DNA of 64,000 nucleotides from Giardia intestinalis (Eukaryota): NCBI GenBank assembly GCA_000002435.2, contig CM018789.1; one strand, 5' to 3'. Shown piece by piece: positions 40,595 to 51,838 of this stretch (position 1 is its first letter; each line of letters starts with the position of its first letter). The notes under the pieces were generated by a model. It saw only the letters and a program-made list of their open reading frames with translations, ran no database searches and was not told where the DNA came from. The position numbers and the translations under genes were made by a program.

Positions 40595-40636
40595 TCTACC
40601 CATTAGGGCAATGGTAGCTATGTATGAAGACAGGCG

Positions 40637-41548
40637 CTAGTCAAGATATACAGCATAGATTTCATCCTCTATCCTGCACTCATTGACTCCGCGGACAATC
40701 CGGAAGTACCCGTTTTCGCCCCAATCGGGGCCCCAGGAGTTCTTTATAATCCAGTAGTCCGTCCCGTCATCAGTGGTCCCGTAGCCAACTATTTCCAAAG
40801 CATGGAACCCAAGATTGATGGTTCCATAGGTGTGTTTATAGACACCGCTTTCATAGTACGACAGGTCAGCGTACACGACGATCATGGTCTGCAGCGGTCC
40901 GCCAGCGACGAGCATTCCCATTATGGCCGGAACACTCTTGCTCACCTGTCCATATCCATGTGCCTTGTAGAGCTGTATCGGAGATCCGTCGTCACAGACC
41001 GCAGGGCACGGAGACGCTACGGTGTGACCATAGTCAACGTACTTAACGCATTCAGCTGTGGTTGCTCCTGTGAAAGTTAGAAAGCTCCATGTCGGTTGAA
41101 AATCGCCTCCATCACAGCCAAAGTTCTCTAGTGAGCAGGATATGAGGTGTTGCTGCGAGTAGGAGACGGCCTCCTTATCGATGCCCATCGCACAGCGCCT
41201 GTCCCCGAACACTCCTATAGCTGAGAATGCCCAACATCCCCCGCAACTTCCTTGGTCCAGCGCTGGTTTCACGCACTGAGGGTACTCATCACGGAAGTCG
41301 AACTGAGGCGGAATAGGATCTACGAGTTCCTGGACTTCTGTTATCGAAATTGGTGGTAGAGAGCCAGATCTTGCTCTAAGACGGTCGGGACGGATCAGCA
41401 TGCTACGAAATTCATCTTCTGTGACGTTTTCAAACCTTTTTGGCATCCCTGCTTTCCATGGAGGATTGAGAGCCTGAATCCGCCTTAGCTCGGCGCGGCT
41501 CACCAGGGGCTTTGCACAAACTACAGCCAAGAGCAAAGATAAAGCCAT
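40637..41548 (-). CDS. cathepsin B-like cysteine protease (papain family C1; giardipain-like), secreted
   Basis: ATG verified at 41546-41548 on the complement strand. Signal peptide: 'MALSLLLAVVCAKPL'. Active-site Cys region: 'QGSCGGCWAFSAIG'. 'HALEIVGYG' carries the active-site His. 'NSWGPDWGENGYFRI' carries the Asn. The propeptide and cathepsin-B architecture lack a long occluding loop, as in Giardia CP2/CP3. Confidence 0.85.
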   Translation of the reverse strand: MALSLLLAVVCAKPLVSRAELRRIQALNPPWKAGMPKRFENVTEDEFRSMLIRPDRLRARSGSLPPISITEVQELVDPIPPQFDFRDEYPQCVKPALDQGSCGGCWAFSAIGVFGDRRCAMGIDKEAVSYSQQHLISCSLENFGCDGGDFQPTWSFLTFTGATTAECVKYVDYGHTVASPCPAVCDDGSPIQLYKAHGYGQVSKSVPAIMGMLVAGGPLQTMIVVYADLSYYESGVYKHTYGTINLGFHALEIVGYGTTDDGTDYWIIKNSWGPDWGENGYFRIVRGVNECRIEDEIYAVYLD

Positions 41549-41970
41549 ATATATTTGATTCGTAATTACATGACTCGTGTATTATGAGAAGGGCACATTA
41601 ATTGGTCAGTTCATAGCAAGGGACTGCACCAGCTTGCTATCACTGTGGTGAATGAACTTCAAAAAATCACTTTGGTTGGACTGTTTAAACTATGTACCAC
41701 ACGTAGACGATAAACTTACGAGAAAGCTATGCTGCTGCGCCACGTGTGGTACCCAGCCTAGTACCCCGGGGGACGGTGCCCGGGTGCGCCCATCGCCGCC
41801 TGGCCACGGACTGCTCCAGCCACTACAGAGCCAGGCAAGCCAGGCATCTGGCCCTGCTGAGAGCGCGCTCGGCTGTCTCTGCAGGCCTCAGTGGAAGGGA
41901 CACGGGTGCCCGCTGCTTGTCGGCATTCCGGTGCCACCCCGGGGAGCTGCCACAAGGATCGTCTTGACGC

Positions 41971-41977
41971 GTTTACT
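41971..41977 (-). promoter_or_regulatory. Giardia poly(A) signal AGTAAAC of VSP gene
   Basis: GTTTACT on the + strand equals AGTAAAC on the gene strand. It lies 21 nt 3' of the VSP TAG stop. Confidence 0.5.
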
Positions 41978-41997
41978 ATCTAAGTACACAGCTAAGT

Positions 41998-44900
41998 CTA
42001 CGCCTTCCCGCGGCAGAGGAACCACCAACACAAGAAGCCAACAAGACCACCTACAACGATGACAGCAGCCACTGCGATACCTGCGATGGCGCCTGTAGAA
42101 AGGCCGCTACTCTTGTTTGTGTTGGGAATCACGCACGCGTCGCCCTGGAGCTGGTAGCCATTACCATCGTCGCACTTGCAGGCCTTCGCCGAGCCGGCAG
42201 CCGGGTCTATTACCTCTTCCGGGGCAGTGCAGGCGGCCTTGCAGCTCTTCTTGTTGGCCGCGACGTATTGCGCTTTATCCTTGCATGTAAGACAGGTTTC
42301 CCCGCCGCTCAAGTCGCACGTCTCGCACCCGGCCCCTTCCAGCGTCGGGCACGCGTTGGCCTGTCCCTTGACGCACGCGTCGCCCTGGAGCTGGTAGCCA
42401 TTACCATCGTCGCACTTGCAGGCCTTCGCCGAGCCGGCAGCCGGGTCTATTACCTCTTCCGGGGCAGTGCAGGCGGCCTTGCAGCTCTTCTTGTTGGCCG
42501 CGACGTATTGCGCTTTATCCTTGCATGTAAGACAGGTTTCCCCGCCGCTCAAGTCGCACGTCTCGCACCCGGCCCCTTCCAGCGTCGGGCACGCGTTGGC
42601 CTGTCCCTTGACGCACGCGTCGCCCTGGAGCTGGTAGCCATTACCATCGTCGCACTTGCAGGCCTTCGCCGAGCCGGCAGCCGGGTCTATTACCTCTTCC
42701 GGGGCAGTGCAGGCGGCCTTGCAGCTCTTCTTGTTGGCCGCGACGTATTGCGCTTTATCCTTGCATGTAAGACAGGTTTCCCCGCCGCTCAAGTCGCACG
42801 TCTCGCACCCGGCCCCTTCCAGCGTCGGGCACGCGTTGGCCTGTCCCTTGACGCACGCGTCGCCCTGGAGCTGGTAGCCATTACCATCGTCGCACTTGCA
42901 GGCCTTCGCCGAGCCGGCAGCCGGGTCTATTACCTCTTCCGGGGCAGTGCAGGCGGCCTTGCAGCTCTTCTTGTTGGCCGCGACGTATTGCGCTTTATCC
43001 TTGCATGTAAGACAGGTTTCCCCGCCGCTCAAGTCGCACGTCTCGCACCCGGCCCCTTCCAGCGTCGGGCACGCGTTGGCCTGTCCCTTGACGCACGCGT
43101 CGCCCTGGAGCTGGTAGCCATTACCATCGTCGCACTTGCAGGCCTTCGCCGAGCCGGCAGCCGGGTCTATTACCTCTTCCGGGGCAGTGCAGGCGGCCTT
43201 GCAGCTCTTCTTGTTGGCCGCGACGTATTGCGCTTTATCCTTGCATGTAAGACAGGTTTCCCCGCCGCTCAAGTCGCACGTCTCGCACCCGGCCCCTTCC
43301 AGCGTCGGGCACGCGTTGGCCTGTCCCTTGACGCACGCGTCGCCCTGGAGCTGGTAGCCATTACCATCGTCGCACTTGCAGGCCTTCGCCGAGCCGGCAG
43401 CCGGGTCTATTACCTCTTCCGGGGCAGTGCAGGCGGCCTTGCAGCTCTTCTTGTTGGCCGCGACGTATTGCGCTTTATCCTTGCATGTAAGACAGGTTTC
43501 CCCGCCGCTCAAGTCGCACGTCTCGCACCCGGCCCCTTCCAGCGTCGGGCACGCGTTGGCCTGTCCCTTGACGCACGCGTCGCCCTGGAGCTGGTAGCCA
43601 TTACCATCGTCGCACTTGCAGGCCTTCGCCGAGCCGGCAGCCGGGTCTATTACCTCTTCCGGGGCAGTGCAGGCGGCCTTGCAGCTCTTCTTGTTGGCCG
43701 CGACGTATTGCGCTTTATCCTTGCATGTAAGACAGGTTTCCCCGCCGCTCAAGTCGCACGTCTCGCACCCGGCCCCTTCCAGCGTCGGGCACGCGTTGGC
43801 CTGTCCCTTGACGCACGCGTCGCCCTGGAGCTGGTAGCCATTACCATCGTCGCACTTGCAGGCCTTCGCCGAGCCGGCAGCCGGGTCTATTACCTCTTCC
43901 GGGGCAGTGCAGGCGGCCTTGCAGCTCTTCTTGTTGGCCGCGACGTATTGCGCTTTATCCTTGCATGTAAGACAGGTTTCCCCGCCGCTCAAGTCGCACG
44001 TCTCGCACCCGGCCCCTTCCAGCGTCGGGCACGCGTTGGCCTGTCCCTTGACGCACGCGTCGCCCTGGAGCTGGTAGCCATTACCATCGTCGCACTTGCA
44101 GGCCTTCGCCGAGCCGGCAGCCGGGTCTATTACCTCTTCCGGGGCAGTGCAGGCGGCCTTGCAGCTCTTCTTGTTGGCCGCGACGTATTGCGCTTTATCC
44201 TTGCATGTAAGACAGGTTTCCCCGCCGCTCAAGTCGCACGTCTCGCACCCGGCCCCTTCCAGCGTCGGGCACGCGTTGGCCTGTCCCTTGACGCACGCGT
44301 CGCCCTGGAGCTGGTAGCCATTACCATCGTCGCACTTGCAGGCCTTCGCCGAGCCGGCAGCCGGGTCTATTACCTCTTCCGGGGCAGTGCAGGCGGCCTT
44401 GCAGCTCTTCTTGTTGGCCGCGACGTATTGCGCTTTATCCTTGCATGTAAGACAGGTTTCCCCGCCGCTCAAGTCGCACGTCTCGCACCCGGCCCCTTCC
44501 AGCGTCGGGCACGCGTTGGCCTGTCCCTTGACGCACGCGTCGCCCTGGAGCTGGTAGCCATTACCATCGTCGCACTTGCAGGCCTTCGCCGAGCCGGCAG
44601 CCGGGTCTATTACCTCTTCCGGGGCAGTGCAGGCGGCCTTGCAGCTCTTCTTGTTGGCCGCGACGTATTGCGCTTTATCCTTGCATGTAAGACAGGTTTC
44701 CCCGCCGCTCAAGTCGCACGTCTCGCACCCGGCCCCTTCCAGCGTCGGGCACGCGTTGGCCTGTCCCTTGACGCACGCGTCGCCCTGGAGCTGGTAGCCA
44801 TTACCATCGTCGCACTTGCAGGCCTTCGCCGAGCCGGCAGCCGGGTCTATTACCTCTTCCGGGGCAGTGCAGGCGGCCTTGCAGCTCTTCTTGTTGGCCG

Positions 44901-47847
44901 CGACGTATTGCGCTTTATCCTTGCATGTAAGACAGGTTTCCCCGCCGCTCAAGTCGCACGTCTCGCACCCGGCCCCTTCCAGCGTCGGGCACGCGTTGGC
45001 CTGTCCCTTGACGCACGCGTCGCCCTGGAGCTGGTAGCCATTACCATCGTCGCACTTGCAGGCCTTCGCCGAGCCGGCAGCCGGGTCTATTACCTCTTCC
45101 GGGGCAGTGCAGGCGGCCTTGCAGCTCTTCTTGTTGGCCGCGACGTATTGCGCTTTATCCTTGCATGTAAGACAGGTTTCCCCGCCGCTCAAGTCGCACG
45201 TCTCGCACCCGGCCCCTTCCAGCGTCGGGCACGCGTTGGCCTGTCCCTTGACGCACGCGTCGCCCTGGAGCTGGTAGCCATTACCATCGTCGCACTTGCA
45301 GGCCTTCGCCGAGCCGGCAGCCGGGTCTATTACCTCTTCCGGGGCAGTGCAGGCGGCCTTGCAGCTCTTCTTGTTGGCCGCGACGTATTGCGCTTTATCC
45401 TTGCATGTAAGACAGGTTTCCCCGCCGCTCAAGTCGCACGTCTCGCACCCGGCCCCTTCCAGCGTCGGGCACGCGTTGGCCTGTCCCTTGACGCACGCGT
45501 CGCCCTGGAGCTGGTAGCCATTACCATCGTCGCACTTGCAGGCCTTCGCCGAGCCGGCAGCCGGGTCTATTACCTCTTCCGGGGCAGTGCAGGCGGCCTT
45601 GCAGCTCTTCTTGTTGGCCGCGACGTATTGCGCTTTATCCTTGCATGTAAGACAGGTTTCCCCGCCGCTCAAGTCGCACGTCTCGCACCCGGCCCCTTCC
45701 AGCGTCGGGCACGCGTTGGCCTGTCCCTTGACGCACGCGTCGCCCTGGAGCTGGTAGCCATTACCATCGTCGCACTTGCAGGCCTTCGCCGAGCCGGCAG
45801 CCGGGTCTATTACCTCTTCCGGGGCAGTGCAGGCGGCCTTGCAGCTCTTCTTGTTGGCCGCGACGTATTGCGCTTTATCCTTGCATGTAAGACAGGTTTC
45901 CCCGCCGCTCAAGTCGCACGTCTCGCACCCGGCCCCTTCCAGCGTCGGGCACGCGTTGGCCTGTCCCTTGACGCACGCGTCGCCCTGGAGCTGGTAGCCA
46001 TTACCATCGTCGCACTTGCAGGCCTTCGCCGAGCCGGCAGCCGGGTCTATTACCTCTTCCGGGGCAGTGCAGGCGGCCTTGCAGCTCTTCTTGTTGGCCG
46101 CGACGTATTGCGCTTTATCCTTGCATGTAAGACAGGTTTCCCCGCCGCTCAAGTCGCACGTCTCGCACCCGGCCCCTTCCAGCGTCGGGCACGCGTTGGC
46201 CTGTCCCTTGACGCACGCGTCGCCCTGGAGCTGGTAGCCATTACCATCGTCGCACTTGCAGGCCTTCGCCGAGCCGGCAGCCGGGTCTATTACCTCTTCC
46301 GGGGCAGTGCAGGCGGCCTTGCAGCTCTTCTTGTTGGCCGCGACGTATTGCGCTTTATCCTTGCATGTAAGACAGGTTTCCCCGCCGCTCAAGTCGCACG
46401 TCTCGCACCCGGCCCCTTCCAGCGTCGGGCACGCGTTGGCCTGTCCCTTGACGCACGCGTCGCCCTGGAGCTGGTAGCCATTACCATCGTCGCACTTGCA
46501 GGCCTTCGCCGAGCCGGCAGCCGGGTCTATTACCTCTTCCGGGGCAGTGCAGGCGGCCTTGCAGCTCTTCTTGTTGGCCGCGACGTATTGCGCTTTATCC
46601 TTGCATGTAAGACAGGTTTCCCCGCCGCCGTCCGCCCCCCCCCCCCGGCCCGGCCTGTCCTGACAGGTCGCCACGGTCCTTCCATCGGCACCACCCGCCG
46701 GCCGGCACCTCTTCCCAGGGCCGGCTCCGGGCCGCGACGTATGCGCCGCTGTGCGCCCCCGCTCAGTCCACGCTTGGACGCACGCGTCGCCCTGGAGCTG
46801 GTAGCCATTACCATCGTCGCACTTGCAGGCCTTCGCCGAGCCGGCAGCCGGGTCTATTACCTCTTCCGGGGCAGTGCAGGCGGCCTTGCAGCTCTTCTTG
46901 TTGGCCGCGACGTATTGCGCTTTATCCTTGCATGTAAGACAGGTTTCCCCGCCGCTCAAGTCGCACGTCTCGCACCCGGCCCCTTCCAGCGTCGGGCACG
47001 CGTTGGCCTGTCCCTTGACGCACGCGTCGCCCTGGAGCTGGTAGCCATTACCATCGTCGCACTTGCAGGCCTTCGCCGAGCCGGCAGCCGGGTCTATTAC
47101 CTCTTCCGGGGCAGTGCAGGCGGCCTTGCAGCTCTTCTTGTTGGCCGCGACGTATTGCGCTTTATCCTTGCATGTAAGACAGGTTTCCCCGCCGCTCAAG
47201 TCGCACGTCTCGCACCCGGCCCCTTCCAGCGTCGGGCACGCGTTGGCCTGTCCCTTGACGCACGCGTCGCCCTGGAGCTGGTAGCCATTACCATCGTCGC
47301 ACTTGCAGGCCTTCGCCGAGCCGGCAGCCGGGTCTATTACCTCTTCCGGGGCAGTGCAGGCGGCCTTGCAGCTCTTCTTGTTGGCCGCGACGTATTGCGC
47401 TTTATCCTTGCATGTAAGACAGGTTTCCCCGCCGCTCAAGTCGCACGTCTCGCACCCGGCCCCTTCCAGCGTCGGGCACGCGTTGGCCTGTCCCTTGACG
47501 CACGCGTCGCCCTGGAGCTGGTAGCCATTACCATCGTCGCACTTGCAGGCCTTCGCCGAGCCGGCAGCCGGGTCTATTACCTCTTCCGGGGCAGTGCAGG
47601 CGGCCTTGCAGCTCTTCTTGTTGGCCGCGACGTATTGCGCTTTATCCTTGCATGTAAGACAGGTTTCCCCGCCGCTCAAGTCGCACGTCTCGCACCCGGC
47701 CCCTTCCAGCGTCGGGCACGCGTTGGCCTGTCCCTTGACGCACGCGTCGCCCTGGAGCTGGTAGCCATTACCATCGTCGCACTGCGCGGTCTTCTCGTTG
47801 TGCTTTGCCAGCACTGTTACACAAACTAGGAGAAATCCTACCAACAT
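41998..47847 (-). CDS. variant-specific surface protein (VSP) composed of ~23 tandem 80-aa CXXC-containing repeats
   Basis: The ORF-track start at 47868 is GTG. An in-frame TAA lies upstream, and the first ATG (47845-47847 on the complement strand) gives the signal peptide '[14 protein letters not shown]'. The mature protein starts directly with the repeat '[88 protein letters not shown]'. It ends '…[39 protein letters not shown]', the diagnostic VSP TM + CRGKA tail. Confidence 0.85.
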   Translation of the reverse strand: MLVGFLLVCVTVLAKHNEKTAQCDDGNGYQLQGDACVKGQANACPTLEGAGCETCDLSGGETCLTCKDKAQYVAANKKSCKAACTAPEEVIDPAAGSAKACKCDDGNGYQLQGDACVKGQANACPTLEGAGCETCDLSGGETCLTCKDKAQYVAANKKSCKAACTAPEEVIDPAAGSAKACKCDDGNGYQLQGDACVKGQANACPTLEGAGCETCDLSGGETCLTCKDKAQYVAANKKSCKAACTAPEEVIDPAAGSAKACKCDDGNGYQLQGDACVKGQANACPTLEGAGCETCDLSGGETCLTCKDKAQYVAANKKSCKAACTAPEEVIDPAAGSAKACKCDDGNGYQLQGDACVQAWTERGRTAAHTSRPGAGPGKRCRPAGGADGRTVATCQDRPGRGGGADGGGETCLTCKDKAQYVAANKKSCKAACTAPEEVIDPAAGSAKACKCDDGNGYQLQGDACVKGQANACPTLEGAGCETCDLSGGETCLTCKDKAQYVAANKKSCKAACTAPEEVIDPAAGSAKACKCDDGNGYQLQGDACVKGQANACPTLEGAGCETCDLSGGETCLTCKDKAQYVAANKKSCKAACTAPEEVIDPAAGSAKACKCDDGNGYQLQGDACVKGQANACPTLEGAGCETCDLSGGETCLTCKDKAQYVAANKKSCKAACTAPEEVIDPAAGSAKACKCDDGNGYQLQGDACVKGQANACPTLEGAGCETCDLSGGETCLTCKDKAQYVAANKKSCKAACTAPEEVIDPAAGSAKACKCDDGNGYQLQGDACVKGQANACPTLEGAGCETCDLSGGETCLTCKDKAQYVAANKKSCKAACTAPEEVIDPAAGSAKACKCDDGNGYQLQGDACVKGQANACPTLEGAGCETCDLSGGETCLTCKDKAQYVAANKKSCKAACTAPEEVIDPAAGSAKACKCDDGNGYQLQGDACVKGQANACPTLEGAGCETCDLSGGETCLTCKDKAQYVAANKKSCKAACTAPEEVIDPAAGSAKACKCDDGNGYQLQGDACVKGQANACPTLEGAGCETCDLSGGETCLTCKDKAQYVAANKKSCKAACTAPEEVIDPAAGSAKACKCDDGNGYQLQGDACVKGQANACPTLEGAGCETCDLSGGETCLTCKDKAQYVAANKKSCKAACTAPEEVIDPAAGSAKACKCDDGNGYQLQGDACVKGQANACPTLEGAGCETCDLSGGETCLTCKDKAQYVAANKKSCKAACTAPEEVIDPAAGSAKACKCDDGNGYQLQGDACVKGQANACPTLEGAGCETCDLSGGETCLTCKDKAQYVAANKKSCKAACTAPEEVIDPAAGSAKACKCDDGNGYQLQGDACVKGQANACPTLEGAGCETCDLSGGETCLTCKDKAQYVAANKKSCKAACTAPEEVIDPAAGSAKACKCDDGNGYQLQGDACVKGQANACPTLEGAGCETCDLSGGETCLTCKDKAQYVAANKKSCKAACTAPEEVIDPAAGSAKACKCDDGNGYQLQGDACVKGQANACPTLEGAGCETCDLSGGETCLTCKDKAQYVAANKKSCKAACTAPEEVIDPAAGSAKACKCDDGNGYQLQGDACVKGQANACPTLEGAGCETCDLSGGETCLTCKDKAQYVAANKKSCKAACTAPEEVIDPAAGSAKACKCDDGNGYQLQGDACVKGQANACPTLEGAGCETCDLSGGETCLTCKDKAQYVAANKKSCKAACTAPEEVIDPAAGSAKACKCDDGNGYQLQGDACVKGQANACPTLEGAGCETCDLSGGETCLTCKDKAQYVAANKKSCKAACTAPEEVIDPAAGSAKACKCDDGNGYQLQGDACVKGQANACPTLEGAGCETCDLSGGETCLTCKDKAQYVAANKKSCKAACTAPEEVIDPAAGSAKACKCDDGNGYQLQGDACVIPNTNKSSGLSTGAIAGIAVAAVIVVGGLVGFLCWWFLCRGKA
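42130..47790. repeat. tandem array, ~23 copies of a 240-bp unit (nucleotide-identical by eye), coding part of the VSP
   Basis: Sequence lines repeat exactly with period 240, e.g. 42301-42360 equals 42541-42600. Antisense 73-aa ORFs recur at 42176+240k for 18 copies, then at 46823, 47063, 47303 and 47543. One copy (unit starting about 46496) is aberrant. Confidence 0.9.
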
Positions 47848-47899
47848 TAGCCGGAGTACACGTGCCACTGCTCTTCTGTCAGACTTGTGTGTTGCCGCG

Positions 47900-50800
47900 A
47901 GCAGTGAGAGACAGCCGCTCTCGCTCTTCCTGATCAGTTAGACTGGAGAAGGACGAGATGATAGCATGCCCATCGAAGGCCAGCTGATAGTGCGGTTCCC
48001 CCTGGCTTCAATAGAAACAGGACCAGTGAGGGCCAGGCTCAGATCGCACCTCTCTTGTGGAATGATCGTTCGGGGTGCACTCTTGTACATTGCTGTCAGT
48101 ATGTTTGTCGGCTTCCTTTGCAGAGGTAAGGTGTAGATTTAAATAGCAAACGCGTCCCTTGTACAACCTGCTCTCCCCATCAGGCACGGACTCCGAGATC
48201 TCTGTGCATGCGGGACCAAGAAATCCTAAGTGAGCAGCGATGCTCCTCCTGCTCCAGTAGCCCAGCCGCTAGCAGCTCCTCTCCAGGCTCCTTTGCTCCC
48301 TGGCCACAGCCTTCTGTGCTCTCTTGCAGTCCCTAGAGGAGATACCGGGTCCGTGGAAGTGCGGACCAACAGAGGTAAGCCCATGAGACGCTCTCGCCTG
48401 GTGTGTGCATAGCTCTGATCTTGTGTACTAAATGCTACTAAGGCTCCCCATCGCATAACAAGGTGCCAGGTGGGGTTCGGAAGGCAGCCAGCCCTCCCAG
48501 ATCTGGACAGGAGGGAAGCACTGCCCAAAGCGTGCTGCCTCCTGAGTTGATAGGCCGGGACTCCTGTTACCCCAGATCATCATAGTGCTACCGCTGTTCA
48601 CTATGGAGGCACTCTGACCCACAGTGCCTGAGGTTGTTGGTGCAGGCGGCAAAGGGCTCTTCATAGTGGGCTACCATCAGTGGAAGGAACGGGAGCCTGG
48701 GTGTCTTGTCCTTCTGCCAGTGGTTGGCCGGGCTCATGATCAGCACCCTTTGCTGTGGGTACTGGGGTGGCGGAAGTTCCCACTTGCTGACAAGGAGCCG
48801 GGCGATGCTCGCTTGTCATCGTCAACCCGGACTGGGCTGGTCCTGGGCAGATAGACAGTGAGTACGGGGATCCCGTCCCCCGTCGTAAACCACGCCACAC
48901 GGAGAGGGTGTGGTAGCTCGATGCATTTTCCTACGTTACACGACGCAAAGAAGAACGGCCTTTTGATGCGTAGCTCTGGAAGCCTGCAGAGCCCAACCGA
49001 GGGGACTACATCCTGGTGTTGACTTCTGATACGGTTCGGTAGAGGCCAGCTCGATGCTCGCAAGCTTGTGGGAAGCACCAGGGCCGGCACATGCACCTGG
49101 ACAGCAACGCAGGCACACATCTCGGATGCAACTCCGCTGAGGATCTTGCGAGGGGTCGGCTTGGGTCAGTGGTGGAAGGACTTTGCGCAAGCGCTCCATG
49201 CATCAGGGGCCCCTCGAGACCACAAAAGCTCGGCGGCGCTGGCGCACATGTGGACGCGAGACGGTGGGAAAGAGCTGCGTGGTGACTTATAGATGGAAAG
49301 GCTGGGCGCGCATAACAATACGCCCAGGAGAGCTATGCACAGCGCAGTGGCCCGGCTGGCTCCTCTTGTAATACGGAGCATCGGCTGCGGGCATGTGCTC
49401 TTGAAGAGTGGGGGCATCCAGATGAGTAGTGCAGACGTGAGTGAATTGACGGCGCTCAGAGTATGCATCGGGTGGACAAGTAGGGGACAAGAGCTTATGG
49501 CACCACCTGGTCGACGGATGGCTCAAGATGTGTAAGGTACAGCAATCATTCGACCAAAGGTGATGATTGCCCGACAGATGCCAGAGCAGCTGTGTAGATT
49601 GGGCCCTGGTGGTGGTTTGCCACAGGAGGACGCAGGCAGTATGTTTGGATAATAGATACGCTGACTGCCACCGGTTTGCACAATACACCTCTACAATCGA
49701 TCATCTCACCGTGTGTGAGGAGGAGATGAGGCTCCTCGACTTCAGAAAAAGTGGACCTTCAGTAAACTCTGCTCTGCTGCAAATGCATAAAATCAAAAAC
49801 CAGCCTCCAACTCATCTGCAAGTTCTACGGCCTTTCCACGCTTAGGAGCCGAGGAGGCACTACAGGTGTCCCTGCTGTAATCCGGGCTAATGGCTAGTCT
49901 CTGTAGCCCCAGCCCTACCCCGCCAGCCCGCCGGGCACATCTACACTTTCTGTGCGAACCGACTCTCTAGGAACCGTCATGCACAGATAGTCTTCCGAGT
50001 ACTTAGAAGACACCATCCTCTGCTGAGGCGTGTCATCAAGGGCCAAGCACTAAGGCGAGGATGGCCAGAGACAGACCCCTCGCAGTTCTGTTCAACATTA
50101 GCAGCGAGCATGCAAACGAGTGTGCGGTCTTGACGTGCACTGTGATCCAGGTGCCCGGCAGACTGGGCCCATAGCAGCTGGTGCGCAGGCCCCGTCGCTA
50201 GCCTGTGCACAAGCCGTGGTCCACCTCGAAGGACAGCGGAGGATTCTGCGACCCCTTCTGGGTGTACAGCCGTCACTATGGAGCGCGGCGAACAGGCATC
50301 TGCACAGAGGTCGCGGGCTCGCTTAGAGGCGTGTAGACAGCCGACGCCCCGCCTTGTTGCAATGAGAGCTCTGAGATCAGGCAGCCGCTCCACCCATCGG
50401 CCATCATGTGAATATACATGCACCGTCCGAGAAGACCACTACAGTGCCTAGACGACACTATAAGCGTATGCGCCCCCCGCTATAATAAACAAGTGGCAGA
50501 CAGACCAGCAGCGGAAGCAGCAGGGGTATGCCGAGCCGGTGTAGGGCGCATGGTTAGAACCACAGCTCTCTGGGACAATGACAGTACACTGCTCGAACAC
50601 CCCGTTGCATCCGTCCGTGCTATTCGTAGGCTGCAGCGCCTGGCAGGCCCGCAACTAGCACAGCGCGCCCCCAAGCCGCGCACCCAGCATGCAGGGCCAG
50701 GACGGCTGACCCTGTGCGAAGAGGCGCCCTCCCAGGAAGACGACAGTCGCCATCGCTGCCCAAGTTTTTTAGCATTCAAACGCGGGCCCGATGGTCACGC

Positions 50801-51760
50801 TGGCTTCCCTGGCTTTTGCACTGCCTGTCGAGCCTGGCTTCTGACCGGCCTGGGATGGCTGACGGGAGCGTGCAGGTCGGCGCCCTGGTTGCCGGGCCCA
50901 GCCTTCCATCCGCACTTGATGCTGAGCGATAACCCGAGCGGCGCAGGTGGTCTTCTTCGCTCTACATGCAGTGAGCTGCCTGGACGGATGCACGACCGGC
51001 CGTCTGCCTCTGCTCTGCTTCTGGCCACCAGGAGGCGCTGGCTCGAGTGCGTGCCACGGGGCGCTGCCCGCGATGACAGGGGCAGCGCATCACTTCTCGG
51101 GCCTTCCGGTCCATCAGCAGGTGATCCTCAGAGCGCACTTGGAGCCCGGACAGACACACCAGCACGGACCCAGCCACCTTGCGATGCCGCGATCTACCAC
51201 GGACACTGCAGCCTCCGCAATCATCCACTCTGCCTGTCTTTTGCTTAAGAAAAGAGACACTGTATTTAGCAGCCCCCGTGACTTACCGCAACGGGCCAGT
51301 TTCCCAGCATCTTGCCGGATGCCTCCCTTGCACCGCACTGCCCTATTCTTCCCTGCGACAGAAAGAGCTCTGGGGCCCTGGCCCAGACGGAGCCCATTCC
51401 CATAACCTTGCTGCACTCCCCGTCAGGCCCGTCATCACAGAGCACACGCGCACAGGGTCATCCACGCTGCATCACCCTGGGCCTCGTCACCGAGGTAGCC
51501 CCAGCTGGCAGGCCAGACGCCTATGGGCTCACAAGCCCCGCCTCCTGCATGCTCTAGAGACGGCCGGTGCCCTGTCCCGTCGCCTGGCGCGCCGTCGGGT
51601 TCCATCAAGCGCGGCTGAAGAGGCCCGGGCCATAACACTGCCGAAGCCACTGCATTGTCACCAGCAATCAGGTGCACCTCATTTCTCAGGAAATCTTTCT
51701 CTGCCCTAAAAAACGTCTGCTGCCCGATAATTCTGGTAATTACTACGATTGCTTCTGAGA
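47900..51760. other. ~3.9-kb GC-rich region without any long ORF (non-coding island / degenerate element)
   Basis: There are no ORFs over 300 aa. About 30 short overlapping ORFs occur in all six frames, with Arg/Pro/Ala-rich translations typical of GC-rich non-coding DNA. Composition is clearly more GC-rich than the flanking genes. The flanks are the VSP start (47847) and the next gene (51839). Confidence 0.6.
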
Positions 51761-51838
51761 CCAAAACGACCTGTGTGTACAGCCGAAGGCATCTAATAGA
51801 GAAAGAATCCCCTAATAAATTAAATTTACCCTGAATTT

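Noticed and set aside
42268-47829. 1853-codon ORF on the + strand, plus about 22 identical 73-aa ORFs at 42176+240k
   Set aside because: They are antisense to the VSP repeat array. The repeat unit simply lacks stop codons in those frames, so every copy regenerates the same ORF. Composition is Ala/Arg/Gly-rich with no signal, TM or domain logic. Antisense VSP RNA is biologically plausible in Giardia, but these are not protein genes.
40637-47847. Functional link between the cathepsin-B gene and the adjacent VSP (protease processing its neighbour)
   Set aside because: Adjacency alone is not evidence, and the genes are simply neighbours on the same strand 450 bp apart. It is noted only as context.
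50418-51709. Chain of medium + strand ORFs (276, 152, 176 aa) in successive frames as a frameshifted real gene
   Set aside because: The translations are Arg/Pro/Ala-rich low-complexity strings, like every other frame in the island including the opposite strand. That is characteristic of GC-rich non-coding DNA. It is mentioned only as a pseudogene possibility inside the island finding.
47900-51760. GC-rich island as rDNA, telomeric or subtelomeric repeat
   Set aside because: There is no resemblance to the Giardia SSU 5' end (CATCCGGTCGATCCTGCC…) that I can see, no TAGGG telomere repeats, and GC content is lower than the about 75% of Giardia rDNA. It is kept as an unexplained island rather than a named element.
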